64,000 nucleotides of DNA from Macrostomum lignano (lineage: Eukaryota): NCBI GenBank assembly GCA_002269645.1, contig NIVC01001372.1, positions 62,001 to 126,000 on the forward strand, read 5' to 3'. Shown here one piece after another: positions 63,951-64,000 of this stretch (the stretch's first letter is position 1; each line of letters starts with the position of its first letter). Position numbers and translations under genes: made by a program. The notes beneath the pieces are model-generated. The model made no database searches, had not been told where the DNA came from, and saw nothing but the letters and a program-made list of their open reading frames with translations.

Positions 63951-64000
63951 TCAAGATTTGTATAGGAATCACCTCTCATTCCTGGATACAGACAATACCC

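Overview
Eukaryotic (metazoan) genomic DNA. GC-rich exons are separated by AT-rich spacers, and most long introns are filled by minisatellites. This architecture is reminiscent of the flatworm Macrostomum lignano, but that is inference only. Genes supported by translation and splice-phase checks: MPDU1 (single coding exon, +), WDR89 (2 exons, +), an AF4/FMR2-family (AFF/lilliputian-like) gene present twice (-), an mGluR-like class C GPCR (2 coding exons, -), ABCD4 (7 coding exons, -) and the 3' part of ATG4 (-). The centre of the window is a head-to-tail tandem duplication (copy A 13124-35317, copy B 35319-51020). Its junction joins the last GPCR exon to the left inverted repeat of a Tc1/IS630-like element. 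After duplication, copy A gained a 4207-bp non-autonomous Helitron (the empty site is visible in copy B), and copy B lost about 2.5 kb of the AFF gene with a templated insertion at the scar. Both AFF copies share three in-frame TAA/TAG codons and two frame changes. The most unusual item is a 298-bp inverted-repeat element carrying a 64-nt piece of 28S rRNA. That piece spans the R2/I-PpoI/Pokey target site and is altered at that site. Other items are mariner, piggyBac-like, SINE-like and MITE remnants and about 25 tandem arrays. No CRISPR or prokaryotic features are supported. Homology calls rely on remembered family motifs; no database search was run.
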